A stretch of DNA of 64,000 bases from a plasmid. This document shows positions 1 through 10,274 of this stretch, piece by piece (within the stretch, counting starts at the first letter, position 1; each line of letters starts with the position of its first letter). The notes below the pieces were generated by a model. The model did no database searches. It was not told where the DNA came from and worked only from the letters and a program-made list of their open reading frames with translations. The stretch lies in the sequence record NZ_CP109675.1; one strand, given 5' to 3'. The position numbers and the translations under genes were made by a program.

Positions 1-483
1 TTGTGTGTTATCCCCTGTGCACTGGCTGTAATCCCCCCGAACTTTCTCCCGCTGAGACCGTTGAAGATGAAATCTTTCCGATATGTACATGTATTGCATC
101 AGATCAGCAGTGTTGCTTTCAGCAGCCTGATAACTGCGCCAGCCACCGGTTTTTTTATTCTGTTCATGTTATTTGGATTCAACCACTCGCTCGCCGACAC
201 CTTCCTTGAACAGGCCCGATCACTTACCGGTGATGCACCACCAGGCATGGTAAGAGAATGTAAACAATCAAACGATAGCGGCCCGCCATCTCCTCTTGTA
301 ATGCCTCAGGTATGCAAAACGGTATTAATTGATGAGGATGACTGGAAAGAGCGTGTTGACGATACCATCAGGCAGTTTTATCTCACTTTCTCTGTATTCG
401 GACTTTTATTCTGGATGACCGCAAATAATCAACCATCTGAATTAATTAGCTGGATACGCAGGAAAAGTAAACATCAAAATTAA
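1..483 (+). CDS. 3' fragment of a transfer gene upstream of traH (gene starts before the window; track start is TTG at nt 1)
   Basis: Open frame runs off the 5' edge. Position matches traG in R64 order. No recognisable motif. Confidence 0.3.
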   Translation: MCVIPCALAVIPPNFLPLRPLKMKSFRYVHVLHQISSVAFSSLITAPATGFFILFMLFGFNHSLADTFLEQARSLTGDAPPGMVRECKQSNDSGPPSPLVMPQVCKTVLIDEDDWKERVDDTIRQFYLTFSVFGLLFWMTANNQPSELISWIRRKSKHQN

Positions 484-553
484 CGGCATCATAAGCCTCG
501 CCCACTGAATCTTCTGGCTTTAATCTCCGTCGCCCCCCGGCAAGGTAACTACC

Positions 554-1027
554 ATGAATTGTTTAATGCTTCCCGGCGTGTTGGCCATCTCCCTGCTCGC
601 CGGCTGCCAGTCCTGGACTACGCCATCAACGTCTCCAGTTTCTCCTTCCCCCGACCGTTACGGCGCGGCCTCATCCGTTTCCGTTACCCGTCACACACAG
701 TATCAGATGTGGAATAACGGTGTCTGGTCCGGTTCGAAAACCGCGCCATCATCCATGGAGATCGTTCGCTCCAACAGCGCTGACGTCTCTTTCGACTGGG
801 AAGGTGATGCTGTGGAGCTACTGGATGAACTGGCGCGGGCACGTGGCCTGCAGTTCAACTACAGCGGCGTTCGCCTGCCCTTGCCCGTAACATTGCACGT
901 TCGTGGCATGACGTTCAGCAATGTGTTGCGCGTTATCGAAGCGCAGACCGCATGGCGCGCAACCCTGAATCAGTACCCTGGGCTGCTCCAGCTCAACTTC
1001 ATGCAACCGGAGACCAGAAAGAAATGA
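554..1027 (+). CDS. traH: TraH-like lipoprotein (DotD-like)
   Basis: ATG start with signal peptide and LAGC lipobox (MNCLMLPGVLAISLLAGC). Position and size (157 aa) match IncI traH. Confidence 0.5.
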   Translation: MNCLMLPGVLAISLLAGCQSWTTPSTSPVSPSPDRYGAASSVSVTRHTQYQMWNNGVWSGSKTAPSSMEIVRSNSADVSFDWEGDAVELLDELARARGLQFNYSGVRLPLPVTLHVRGMTFSNVLRVIEAQTAWRATLNQYPGLLQLNFMQPETRKK

Positions 1028-1830
1028 AATGCTTTCTCTTGTTACTATTCCCTGCTCTGCTCCTGACTGGGTGTGCAGGAGAGCGGCCGGCTTCACCGAC
1101 AGATACAGGGGCACCACCTCCGGATATGCAGGCCTGGCTCAACCCGGAGCGACAAAGACCAGAAGGTCTGTCCGAAACGCGCTGGCAAATGCTTACTGAT
1201 GCTGGCAGAACACTGGGATTCCGGGGAGGAAAATCCCAGCGGGCATGGGAGTTAACCCAGGCACTCAACGCCCGCGAATCCACCCTCAATGCCCTTTACG
1301 ATTTCCGTCCACTTATCAGCCCTGAAGGCTGGCTTCCTCCGGTTATTGATGAAGCGCAGGACGTAGCACACATCACTCCTGATCAAATTCGCACAGCCTC
1401 AAAAGTCTGGACCATCATCCGACCGGAGCGATTCGTCAGTAACCCGCCCAGCTGGCGCAGCTGGTTACTACGCGGTCTGGCCACCACGGCAACCCCTGGC
1501 ACAGAAGGTCTGGTTGTGCCGGAAGACAGCGCCCAGAGAAAGGTCTGGGAAGACGCACTGAAAAAAGGCTGGCAGGAAGGTCGCGAAAATGCCGATCTGA
1601 CCTTTGAGGCCAGCATGAATCAACTCACCCGGGACTATCGCGGCATGATGCTTTATTCCCTGCTCTGGCGACGGGGCATGATTTCCCGGCCGGAAGTCAC
1701 CGAGCAGCAGCAGACTGTTACTGGCAGTGGTCAGAAGCTCGTTACCGGCGATCGTGTTCGCCGACTCAAATCACATGCATCGTTTGAGCTACAGAAATCA
1801 CGCTGGCGCCCGTCCGTTACCATCCAGTAA
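1024..1830 (+). CDS. traI: TraI-like lipoprotein (DotC-like), start re-called to ATG 1024 overlapping traH stop (ATGA)
   Basis: MKCFLLLLFPALLLTGC lipobox. 268 aa versus R64 TraI ~272 aa. Translational coupling. GGAGA upstream. Confidence 0.55.
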   Translation: MKCFLLLLFPALLLTGCAGERPASPTDTGAPPPDMQAWLNPERQRPEGLSETRWQMLTDAGRTLGFRGGKSQRAWELTQALNARESTLNALYDFRPLISPEGWLPPVIDEAQDVAHITPDQIRTASKVWTIIRPERFVSNPPSWRSWLLRGLATTATPGTEGLVVPEDSAQRKVWEDALKKGWQEGRENADLTFEASMNQLTRDYRGMMLYSLLWRRGMISRPEVTEQQQTVTGSGQKLVTGDRVRRLKSHASFELQKSRWRPSVTIQ

Positions 1831-1842
1831 GGAGTTTTCCTC

Positions 1843-3003
1843 GTGAACATATCAGCTATCCCTGACTCGTTCGGGCTTTTCCCGTTCAGCGGTGCCTATA
1901 CCGCCGACGAGTTCAGGACATTTTTTGCCTGGTGTTCGGCACATGGAGTCAGTGATGTGGATCTGGTTGGCGGCTCACCAGTTTCAGTGAGTCGTTATGG
2001 CCGACGTGAGAGAGTCTCAGACACCATACTGCCGAATATCATGCTGGGAAATATGCTTGACGACCTGCTGGGGCCAGAAGTGCGCCCCCGAGTGCAGGGT
2101 GGAAGACCGCTGGACAGAGCCATTCAAATCGACGGCGACATGCATGGGCGATATGGCCTGGAAAGGGGGGAACGCGTGCGGCTACGCGCGCACATCATCC
2201 AGGGGACATCTGCCCGGGAAGAAAAGGCTCTCTCCGTCACTCTGCGTGTGATCCCCCACATCATTCCCGATTTTCTGAAGCTGGGTATCGAGCCCGATCT
2301 GGCGGCGGCAATGCTGCCAAAAACCGGGCTGGGTCTTATTTGCGGTGAAACGGGTTCGGGTAAATCAACGTTGCAGGCGTCGTTGTATCGCCACTGCCAG
2401 GACACACAGCCCGATCGCAAAATTGTGACCTACGAAGATCCAGTAGAGTACATTCTCGGCCGCCCCGACGACCTTCTGCCGCCGCATCAGGCTCAGGTAA
2501 GACGTGACGTCGCAAGTTTTGCAGATGGGCTTCGCTCCGCAATGCGCCGAAACCCGGAGGTCATCGGTATCGGGGAAATTCGTGACACGGAAACAGCAGA
2601 GGCTTCTGTCCAGGCTGGTGAAAGCGGACATTTAACCATCGGTACACTGCACTCTAAATCACCAGGTGAAACCCTGAACCGACTGCTTGGTCTGTTTCCG
2701 CCTCAGATTCGTGATGCACGCGCCTGGGAGATGCTTGGGATGTTACGGTTTATCGTAGTCCAGGTACTTGTCAGAACGACAGACGGCAAACGCCGGGCTC
2801 TCCGGGAATACATCGTCTTCGACGATGAGCTACGCGATGCACTACAGAATCTCCCGTCAGAGAAGTGGCCGGCCCACATCGATAACATCCTGAGACTGGA
2901 GAAAAGGCGCATTATCGATCAAGTGCGTGAAGGTTACGTAACGGGTGATATAGACAGACACGAAGCGGCACTCTACCTACCGACACAGGAGCTTAGACAT
3001 TGA
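1843..3003 (+). CDS. traJ: TraJ secretion ATPase (DotB/PilT/VirB11 superfamily)
   Basis: Walker A GETGSGKST. 386 aa (R64 TraJ 382). GTG start 9 nt after AGGAG. Confidence 0.8.
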   Translation: MNISAIPDSFGLFPFSGAYTADEFRTFFAWCSAHGVSDVDLVGGSPVSVSRYGRRERVSDTILPNIMLGNMLDDLLGPEVRPRVQGGRPLDRAIQIDGDMHGRYGLERGERVRLRAHIIQGTSAREEKALSVTLRVIPHIIPDFLKLGIEPDLAAAMLPKTGLGLICGETGSGKSTLQASLYRHCQDTQPDRKIVTYEDPVEYILGRPDDLLPPHQAQVRRDVASFADGLRSAMRRNPEVIGIGEIRDTETAEASVQAGESGHLTIGTLHSKSPGETLNRLLGLFPPQIRDARAWEMLGMLRFIVVQVLVRTTDGKRRALREYIVFDDELRDALQNLPSEKWPAHIDNILRLEKRRIIDQVREGYVTGDIDRHEAALYLPTQELRH

Positions 3004-3287
3004 AACGAGAAGGATTCTGGCGCTATGCCACACCGCCTGTCACCTTTTTTGGTATCCCGCTGCCGTTCCTTTTGCTGTATCTGGTCTGGTTTCGCTGGCC
3101 GTCCATGAAGACGCTGTATATCTGTTCCGCCATTCTGGGATTCTTTGTTGCCCTGAATTTCTTTGGCTGGAGTGTACGGGCTATCTGCCTGCGCGTAATA
3201 AGTACCTTCAGGGGAAAGATTGCCTCCGGTCGCCCCTGGTGGTACCGGCATTTTGTTGAAAAACCACGAGACTGGACTGGTCTCTGA
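3000..3287 (+). CDS. traK: TraK-like small two-TM inner-membrane protein (IcmT-like)
   Basis: 95 aa with two hydrophobic segments. TTG start overlapping traJ stop. Position between traJ and sog as in R64. Confidence 0.4.
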   Translation: MKREGFWRYATPPVTFFGIPLPFLLLYLVWFRWPSMKTLYICSAILGFFVALNFFGWSVRAICLRVISTFRGKIASGRPWWYRHFVEKPRDWTGL

Positions 3288-3358
3288 ACCCGATGTAACC
3301 CGTTCGTTCCCCATAGCGCTCCCGCGCTACTCCCTCAATATCTTCCAGGAATGTGACC

Positions 3359-6300
3359 ATGCAAAAAAGTCACCGCGTATGGCTTGCCGTACCTCACGAA
3401 GAGAAGGACGACGCCATCAACGCCCACCCGCGTCTCAGCGATGGGCAGAAAGCCCTTAAATGGGACGATGAGCACCGCCTCTGGTATGCCCGACCAGGAG
3501 CCGACCTGACCAGGTTCGAGCGATGGATGCCCCGCCCCCATGAACTGTCGATGAATGCGGACGATCCGGTAACAGAGTTTGCTCAAAAACTTGAAGAAGC
3601 AGGGCTGCTAGTTAAGGGGCTCCCCGTGATGGATGGAAGCCTTCAGCGCGTACCGACGAAACAGGACAAGAAAGGTTCGAAAAGCGGAGCTTACAAGGCT
3701 TACCTGGACGGGCGCCCTGCCGGATGGTACCGCGATTATCGCAGCGCCGACGCTAAACCGACGCAGTGGGTGTTTTCAGGTGGTGGCGAGATGGATCCGC
3801 TTGCGCGTCTTCATCTCCGTGCACACGCCCAGCAAACGCGTGAAGACAATGCCCGTGCTCTGGAGCAACAGTACAACCGGCAGGCGGAGTACGCCGCCCG
3901 ATATGTTGACCGCTACCCGCAGGCTACAACGAACGCCTATCTGACCCGTAAGGGTGTGGAGGCTGCGCCGGGTATAAGAATCAACGATAAGCAAGAACTT
4001 GTGATCCCCTTCAGCAATGCGCATGGCGACATACGCTCTTACCAGCGTATTCCGCTCACCGGCGGAAAAGACGCCCGCATCCTTAAAGACAGTGAAAAAA
4101 CAGGTAACTGGTTTGCACTGGGGACGCCACAGAATGGCCTGCCTTTGCTGTTTGCTGAAGGATATGCCACAGCAGCCTCTCTGCATGAGGCATCAGGTCT
4201 GCCGGTACTGATGACGGTTGATGCGGGAAACATGATTGCCGTTGGCCAGAATGCTCGTGCCGTTTGGCCTGACAGTCCTTTTATTTTCTGTGCAGACAAT
4301 GATCATCAGCTGAAGAATGCGCAGACAGGACAACCTGAAAATAAGGGCATCCTGAGCGCTGAGAAAGCGGCAGAACTCACGGGCGGCAGAGTCATCGCCC
4401 CTGATTTCACCGAAGAAGAAAAAGCACGCTTGCTGACGGACTTCAACGATCTCGATATCAGCAGGGGCAGAGAAGCCTTCCGTGAGCACATCAGCGACCG
4501 CCTCAGGTCTGCCGGCATCGATATCCGGACAGACTACGCACCCAACGATGCACAATTTCTCTCACAACAGGACCCAAAAATGGAAAATCTGGAAAGTCAG
4601 GAATCCGGCCAGTCTTCGATTGCCCCGGATGAACCTGTCGTTATTCCGTCTGAAAGCCACAGGCAGGATGAGTCAGTAAACCCAGCGCCTCCCGCCCCGC
4701 CTGAACCTGAAATAATCTCTCCGGCAGCGGTGATGCCGCCCGATGAAGCCAGTATCAGTGCGGCACCGGTTGAGAATAAGGCTGAACACGATGAACCCGC
4801 CCCCACGTCCCTGCGAGACGCTGATGTTTTAATTCCTGATACGCAGAGCACCACGGACGTGACGATCGCGACATCTTCTGCGGATGCCGGTCAGCGTAGT
4901 CATAGTGCCATCGAATCAGGATCGAATATACCGGTCCCTGGCCTCGATGATTATGCAGACATACGCGCGCAGATGGACGACCCACAATTTGCTGAATGGG
5001 TGAACAGTCAGTCTGATGACATTCCCCATATGCCTGCTCAGGAACGACAGACAGACCATGAACTGTCAGAAACGGGCAAACAAACCCTGAAGCCTGAGGC
5101 TGCGTCACATGAAACAGACGCTGAGTCTCCGGAGCCGATCGTTCCTGAATTACCAATCCCTCCACAGTCCCCCGGAGCAACATCAACCGGGCAAAAACAG
5201 GAGCAGACGCAAACTGCCGATGTGGATCCAAACACGTCAGAGCCCTCCCCGGGCAGGAAGGAAACGGCAGAGAGTGAGATGCATGAAGCGGATGGGCTTG
5301 TCTACGGACCGCGAAGGCCGGAACCGCTTCAGCGAGAAGATCTCGATGAAATCATTAAAGCCCTGTCAACGGAAGAACAGCGTGACAATAAGGTGCTTTA
5401 CCGTCTCGACGGGGAAGATGCGTTTCACGATCTCGGCAACCGTCTCGAAATGTGTAACGGTGCGAGTGAGGACAAGCGCAAGGTGCTCGCCGCGCTGGCC
5501 GTGGCATCACGCTATTACGGCGGTGTGGTGGAGCTCACCGGCAGTACGCAGTTTAAAGAGCAGGCCATGCGGCTCATTATTGAATATGACCTCGATATCC
5601 GAATGAAGCTGCCTGCGCAGCGCGCGCAGCTTGAGACTATGCGGCAACAGTTTGGGGCAACCAGGGATTCAGTCACAACACATATTCCTACGCCGGATCT
5701 GAACCGACAGACTCCATCACCTGATGCCGCATCGCCAGTGTCACCGGCAACAGCCGCCCCCGAAGCTGTTACCCCTGACGCTCCGGGCATACCCGTGCCC
5801 CCCGTATCACCCACGCCGTCAGCACAGGCAACTGCCGCAAAGCAGCCTGCCGTTTCACCCTCAACAGAGCCTGTAGCGCCTAAGCAGGCCGACAGCATCC
5901 GGGTCCCTGATATGCCCGCTGAGCCCGCCCCCTCTGCACTGAAACCAGGCCAGAGCGTCACGGCGGTCCTCAAGAACTTTGGTGAAGCGATGTACGAAAA
6001 TAAAGAGCAAAAGGGCAAGAGCTTCTTTATCGAGCTACAGAACCGCGGTGGAAGTCATACCTACTGGGGGCAGGATTTACGGGAGTTGATCGCGCACCAC
6101 AAAACCGGCGATGTGGTCACGCTGACGCTCAATTCCCGTGACAGCTGGCAGGTACCTGGTGAGGAAAAAGAGCGCGTAAAAAATAACTGGTCATTGACGT
6201 CCGCCTCAACAGGTCTTGCCGTGGCACATGATCGACCGGAGCAGGGACAGCCTCTTCAGGCTTTCCCGGTCGATACGTTTGGCCGCCTCACACAGCAAAT

Positions 6301-6901
6301 CCGACAGGCTTGGCCTGAGTACACCACAGACCTGAAGCTGCCACCTCGCCTGGAAGAGCGTCAGTTTTATCTGGGCGAAGACAGGCATCCTGTAAAGTCA
6401 CCGGTAGCCGCGGCCAGCATTTCGCCACCGTCCACGGAAGCACCAGACAGGCTGGTACCCGTCATGGCCTCTATGGACACACAGTCAAACCAGTTAGATC
6501 TGCTGCTTGTCCAGTCTGCGGGGGAACACCTGCAGGGGATGGTTCGTCTGGATGGCACGCTGTATCCGGCACTGGCCACGCCAACCACAGACAACAGTCA
6601 GCTGGTTATTAATGCCATCACCGATGACGGTCCCCGCTTTGTAGGCTACGGACAGGCGGTGAATTTCGAACCCGACGGCACCACCCGTGCCGCACCTCAG
6701 CTGATGACGTTCCACCTGAAAGGTCGGGAAGAGGATACACCGCTTCCCGCCCGGCTCTACACACCGGAAAAACAGGCAGATACCTTGTTCCAGCGCCTCG
6801 GTTTTGAACAGACCTGGAAACAATGGGATGACGCCCGAAAGCCGGAGGGCAGACAGGAAAAAGCGCTTCATCAGGAACACTCCCACAGCCCCGGCCGCTA
6901 A
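3359..6901 (+). CDS. sog: Sog-like DNA primase (N-terminal primase-associated domain + Toprim; long P/E/S/T-rich linkers)
   Basis: Toprim motifs FAEGYATAASL...VDAGNM...FCADND. N-terminal WLAVPHEEKD...WDDEHRLWYA plasmid-primase motif. ATG 3359 with AGGAA RBS (track start is GTG 3353). 1180 aa versus R64 SogL 1255 aa. Located between traK and traL. Confidence 0.8.
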   Translation: MQKSHRVWLAVPHEEKDDAINAHPRLSDGQKALKWDDEHRLWYARPGADLTRFERWMPRPHELSMNADDPVTEFAQKLEEAGLLVKGLPVMDGSLQRVPTKQDKKGSKSGAYKAYLDGRPAGWYRDYRSADAKPTQWVFSGGGEMDPLARLHLRAHAQQTREDNARALEQQYNRQAEYAARYVDRYPQATTNAYLTRKGVEAAPGIRINDKQELVIPFSNAHGDIRSYQRIPLTGGKDARILKDSEKTGNWFALGTPQNGLPLLFAEGYATAASLHEASGLPVLMTVDAGNMIAVGQNARAVWPDSPFIFCADNDHQLKNAQTGQPENKGILSAEKAAELTGGRVIAPDFTEEEKARLLTDFNDLDISRGREAFREHISDRLRSAGIDIRTDYAPNDAQFLSQQDPKMENLESQESGQSSIAPDEPVVIPSESHRQDESVNPAPPAPPEPEIISPAAVMPPDEASISAAPVENKAEHDEPAPTSLRDADVLIPDTQSTTDVTIATSSADAGQRSHSAIESGSNIPVPGLDDYADIRAQMDDPQFAEWVNSQSDDIPHMPAQERQTDHELSETGKQTLKPEAASHETDAESPEPIVPELPIPPQSPGATSTGQKQEQTQTADVDPNTSEPSPGRKETAESEMHEADGLVYGPRRPEPLQREDLDEIIKALSTEEQRDNKVLYRLDGEDAFHDLGNRLEMCNGASEDKRKVLAALAVASRYYGGVVELTGSTQFKEQAMRLIIEYDLDIRMKLPAQRAQLETMRQQFGATRDSVTTHIPTPDLNRQTPSPDAASPVSPATAAPEAVTPDAPGIPVPPVSPTPSAQATAAKQPAVSPSTEPVAPKQADSIRVPDMPAEPAPSALKPGQSVTAVLKNFGEAMYENKEQKGKSFFIELQNRGGSHTYWGQDLRELIAHHKTGDVVTLTLNSRDSWQVPGEEKERVKNNWSLTSASTGLAVAHDRPEQGQPLQAFPVDTFGRLTQQIRQAWPEYTTDLKLPPRLEERQFYLGEDRHPVKSPVAAASISPPSTEAPDRLVPVMASMDTQSNQLDLLLVQSAGEHLQGMVRLDGTLYPALATPTTDNSQLVINAITDDGPRFVGYGQAVNFEPDGTTRAAPQLMTFHLKGREEDTPLPARLYTPEKQADTLFQRLGFEQTWKQWDDARKPEGRQEKALHQEHSHSPGR

Positions 6902-6918
6902 GCCGATAAGGAGAGAGA

Positions 6919-7269
6919 ATGCGATATCACATGCTTAAAGCCGGACTTTTGTCCGGCTTCATGCTTTTTTCTGCCGCCGCTGCGGCGGCAACCTGCCGAG
7001 CAGGAAGTGCTGCTGAAGCGGGTAGCCAGGCTGGTTATGAGCGAGCCAGGGCGGCCGCAACAGCCTGGGAACAGCGCGAAAGCAATGTCTCATCCTCCCT
7101 GCAGTCCTGTCTGTCCCGTATCAAGAACGTCAAGGTGACCCTGCCGCAATTCCCCGGGCTCGATGAAATCATTTCGCAACTGGAAAATAAGGTCTGCGAA
7201 GCGGCCCTGGATAAAGTCAACGAACAGATCCCAGACAACATCGATCCCTGGAAAAACTTCAACTCCTGA
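6919..7269 (+). CDS. traL: TraL-like secreted protein
   Basis: AGGAG RBS. Signal peptide MRYHMLKAGLLSGFMLFSAAAAAA. 116 aa. Confidence 0.45.
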   Translation: MRYHMLKAGLLSGFMLFSAAAAAATCRAGSAAEAGSQAGYERARAAATAWEQRESNVSSSLQSCLSRIKNVKVTLPQFPGLDEIISQLENKVCEAALDKVNEQIPDNIDPWKNFNS

Positions 7270-7274
7270 AACCT

Positions 7275-7976
7275 ATGACAAAACAGACACAATCAGCCCC
7301 CCCTGCAAAGGGGCGGGCCCCCTCCCCTGCGGAGGATCCGCTGAAAAACGCCGTGAACATGATGAAAACGGCAGAAAAACGCCAGAAAATGGCACCAGAG
7401 CTGATGAAGAGTAACCTCCTGCTGGGGAGTGGCCTGCTTATCAGCATCATCCTCAATGCTGGCCTGACCTGGGCTCTGATACAACAGCCACGGGATTACT
7501 TTGCCACCGACAGTGGGCGCCTGGTTCGCCTGGCTCCCACTTCCGAACCAGCATGGAGCCAGGACGATGCCATCGCCTTTGGCAGCAAGGCTCTGATGCG
7601 GGCCTTTAACCTGGACTTCGTTCATTATCGTGAACAGGTATCCTCTACAGCATCGCTGTTCTCTGAAGCAGGACACGCCAGTTACATCCAGGCGCTAACC
7701 AACTCCAATATCTACGATGCCCTGAAACGCGAGCGTATGAATCTTACCGGTTCCGTAGGGGCTGGTGTCGTCATCCGGCGTGGGCGTCTGTCTGACGGAA
7801 CCTGGTTCTGGACAATGCAGTATCCGGTACGTTTGCGCCTGGTTGGGCAGACGACCAGCAAGCCTGAACAACCGTTTGTTTTCGAAATTACCATCCAGCG
7901 CGTAGATCCACGACAGAAACCCGTCGGGATGGAAATCCGCCAGATGATCTCACGCAACGCTCCCCGCAATCTCTGA
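7275..7976 (+). CDS. traM: TraM-like bitopic membrane protein (DotI/IcmL-like)
   Basis: Single TM (LLLGSGLLISIILNAGLTWALI). 233 aa versus R64 TraM ~230. Gene order. Confidence 0.5.
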   Translation: MTKQTQSAPPAKGRAPSPAEDPLKNAVNMMKTAEKRQKMAPELMKSNLLLGSGLLISIILNAGLTWALIQQPRDYFATDSGRLVRLAPTSEPAWSQDDAIAFGSKALMRAFNLDFVHYREQVSSTASLFSEAGHASYIQALTNSNIYDALKRERMNLTGSVGAGVVIRRGRLSDGTWFWTMQYPVRLRLVGQTTSKPEQPFVFEITIQRVDPRQKPVGMEIRQMISRNAPRNL

Positions 7977-7986
7977 GGCTCCCGCC

Positions 7987-8967
7987 ATGAAACTTCGTTA
8001 TCTCATGACCACACTACTGCTGTGTGGTCCGGCCCTCGTAGCCGCCGCTGACAATACTGGCTGGCAGGATGCCAGGACGCCTGGTGCAACAACTGCCGCC
8101 GCTCCTCAGGGGGCAGAAGCGCAAACAACAGGTGTACCGGCAACCCGGATTAGTGGAGAGCTCCCGCCCCCGGAACAAAGCTCGCCGCTGGTAGATGAGG
8201 CAGCAGGTTTAGACTCGCCTCTGTCAGCGGATGAGATACGCGAATTGAGGCTTCGACTGACCGACAACGAGCGTTCTGTAAATGCCCCAATGATAAGCGT
8301 GGTTCCGCGTATCAGTTCATTAACCCTCAATCTTTCTCCAGGCGCCAGTATCCCGCTGGTACGCACGGCCATGAATAACCAGAGCGTCGTCACCCTGACG
8401 GACATCAATGGCGCACCGTGGCCACAGTCAGATCCGCCAATTAATGCCAGCCCGAAGAGTTTTGATGTGAAGTTCAATGCTGGAACCAACATGCTGGCCA
8501 TAACACCACTGCGCCCGTGGGCTGCGGGGAATATTTCCGTATATCTGAAAGGGCTTGATGTTCCAATCATGATCAATGTGACAAGTGGTGAGACAGACAC
8601 CCGTACTGCCAGTCAGGAGATCGACAGTCGGCTGGATTTACGCGTCCCGCGTCTGGGTCCTGGCTCAGCAGCCCCGGGCGTACCCGTCGATAAAATCGCA
8701 CTCCACAGCGCCACGTTGCAGGCTTTTCTGGATGGCACACCACCAGAAGATGCCCGTCGCCTTAAATTCCAGGGCAACGTCCCTGACACTGCGATCTGGC
8801 AAAGCGGTGATGATCTGATGGTCCGTTCCCGCGCAATGCTGCGCGACGAGTTTGAACAGACACTCTCTTCAGCGGATGGTACGCATCTCTGGAAACTCCC
8901 CGTCACCCCGTTACTGACCTTCTCAGTAAACGGGAAATCCGTTCACGTCACGCCGGAGCTTCAGTAA
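7987..8967 (+). CDS. traN: TraN-like secreted protein (DotH/IcmK-like)
   Basis: Signal peptide MKLRYLMTTLLLCGPALVAAA. 326 aa versus R64 TraN 327. Confidence 0.55.
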   Translation: MKLRYLMTTLLLCGPALVAAADNTGWQDARTPGATTAAAPQGAEAQTTGVPATRISGELPPPEQSSPLVDEAAGLDSPLSADEIRELRLRLTDNERSVNAPMISVVPRISSLTLNLSPGASIPLVRTAMNNQSVVTLTDINGAPWPQSDPPINASPKSFDVKFNAGTNMLAITPLRPWAAGNISVYLKGLDVPIMINVTSGETDTRTASQEIDSRLDLRVPRLGPGSAAPGVPVDKIALHSATLQAFLDGTPPEDARRLKFQGNVPDTAIWQSGDDLMVRSRAMLRDEFEQTLSSADGTHLWKLPVTPLLTFSVNGKSVHVTPELQ

Positions 8968-10274
8968 TGAGCGCAGAACAGGATGCCGGTAAGAACGGCA
9001 AAAAACTTTTTTCAATAATTGGATTTAGTGCCCTGGTTTTAGTGACCGCGGGTTATCTGGCCATGTCGTGGCTGACACATGACCCTTCAGGAACAGATTC
9101 TGCCGTCAACCTTAACGGTACGGCCTCAAGTGCCGTAACCACCACGACGGAGAGCCCGCGTTACCGTGAACTGCTTAAAGCCTCAAACGATTTAGGCGCG
9201 CAGGAAGCCGCACGGACCGATTCATCCTTCATCGCCAGTCTCCCGGTCGGCCTTGAAGTCACGGAACCCCCTCCGGATAAGGTGCCAGAAACAAAACCGG
9301 TGGACCTGCCACCTCCGCCGCCAGCAGCATCACGCCATGCGGAAAACCCGGCCGGAGAAGAGCAGGCAAACGAAAAGCGCCAGGCTCAACTGCAAAAACT
9401 GCTTAAGCGGATCAGTGACGCACAGACTGGCGGCGATGCACCGGTGCTGGCAACTGCCCTGGCAAGTGTTACGCAGACATCGCCAGCGACTGGCACAAGA
9501 AACCTGGCAGAGACAAAAACTGAAACAGAGAGTGCACAGGTCTTCATCCACGCACTTACGCGTGCGGCCGGTTATATGGAGACTGCCGTGGATTCAGATA
9601 ACCCCAACTCAGAGGTTGTTGCGGTTATTCCTGCCGGGCCGCTGGCTGGCGCAAGACTTCACAGTTCGTCAGCAAAACTTGCCGGCAATGGACTGGATAT
9701 CAGATTTACCAGTATGAGTTGGAACGGCATGGAGCTGAACGTCAATGCAAGCGCACAGAGTGAGAAAAACCTGATGTCTTCTGTGGCCTCCGATGTTAAC
9801 CATCGATGGGGAACACACATCGTTCTGCCCGCTGTACTGGGAGGTCTTGGTGATCTTGGCGGTCTGTACAAGGATGCTAACACTCAGGTTATGCAGTCCA
9901 GTGTCGGTACCGTCACCGGACGAGTGGGTAAACCTGATGGCAGCACAGTGGCTGGTGTAATGGTTGGCGGCACAGCCCAGACCGGGGCGGAAGTCATCAA
10001 ACAGGAGATGGCCCGTGAGCCGTTCCGCCAGGTCACCGTGAAGCAGAAAGAAGTTATCTCCATTCTCTTCGTTGACTCGGTTACTTCTGACGACATTGTC
10101 AGCAGTAATAAAGCGGCTCGTCCCGCAATCAATAGCACCTTATCAGCACCCGCTGCCGCAGAGCAGCAAACCGAAACCCGCCTGCAGGAAGCCATCGCGC
10201 GCCGCCAGGCTGAAATCCGTCGTCAGTATGGCGATACCGTACCCGTGAGGAACAATGATGAACCAGAAAATTGA
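8967..10274 (+). CDS. traO: TraO-like (DotG/IcmE-like) channel protein
   Basis: TAATG overlap with traN. N-terminal TM then long domain. 435 aa versus R64 TraO 429. Confidence 0.55.
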   Translation: MSAEQDAGKNGKKLFSIIGFSALVLVTAGYLAMSWLTHDPSGTDSAVNLNGTASSAVTTTTESPRYRELLKASNDLGAQEAARTDSSFIASLPVGLEVTEPPPDKVPETKPVDLPPPPPAASRHAENPAGEEQANEKRQAQLQKLLKRISDAQTGGDAPVLATALASVTQTSPATGTRNLAETKTETESAQVFIHALTRAAGYMETAVDSDNPNSEVVAVIPAGPLAGARLHSSSAKLAGNGLDIRFTSMSWNGMELNVNASAQSEKNLMSSVASDVNHRWGTHIVLPAVLGGLGDLGGLYKDANTQVMQSSVGTVTGRVGKPDGSTVAGVMVGGTAQTGAEVIKQEMAREPFRQVTVKQKEVISILFVDSVTSDDIVSSNKAARPAINSTLSAPAAAEQQTETRLQEAIARRQAEIRRQYGDTVPVRNNDEPEN

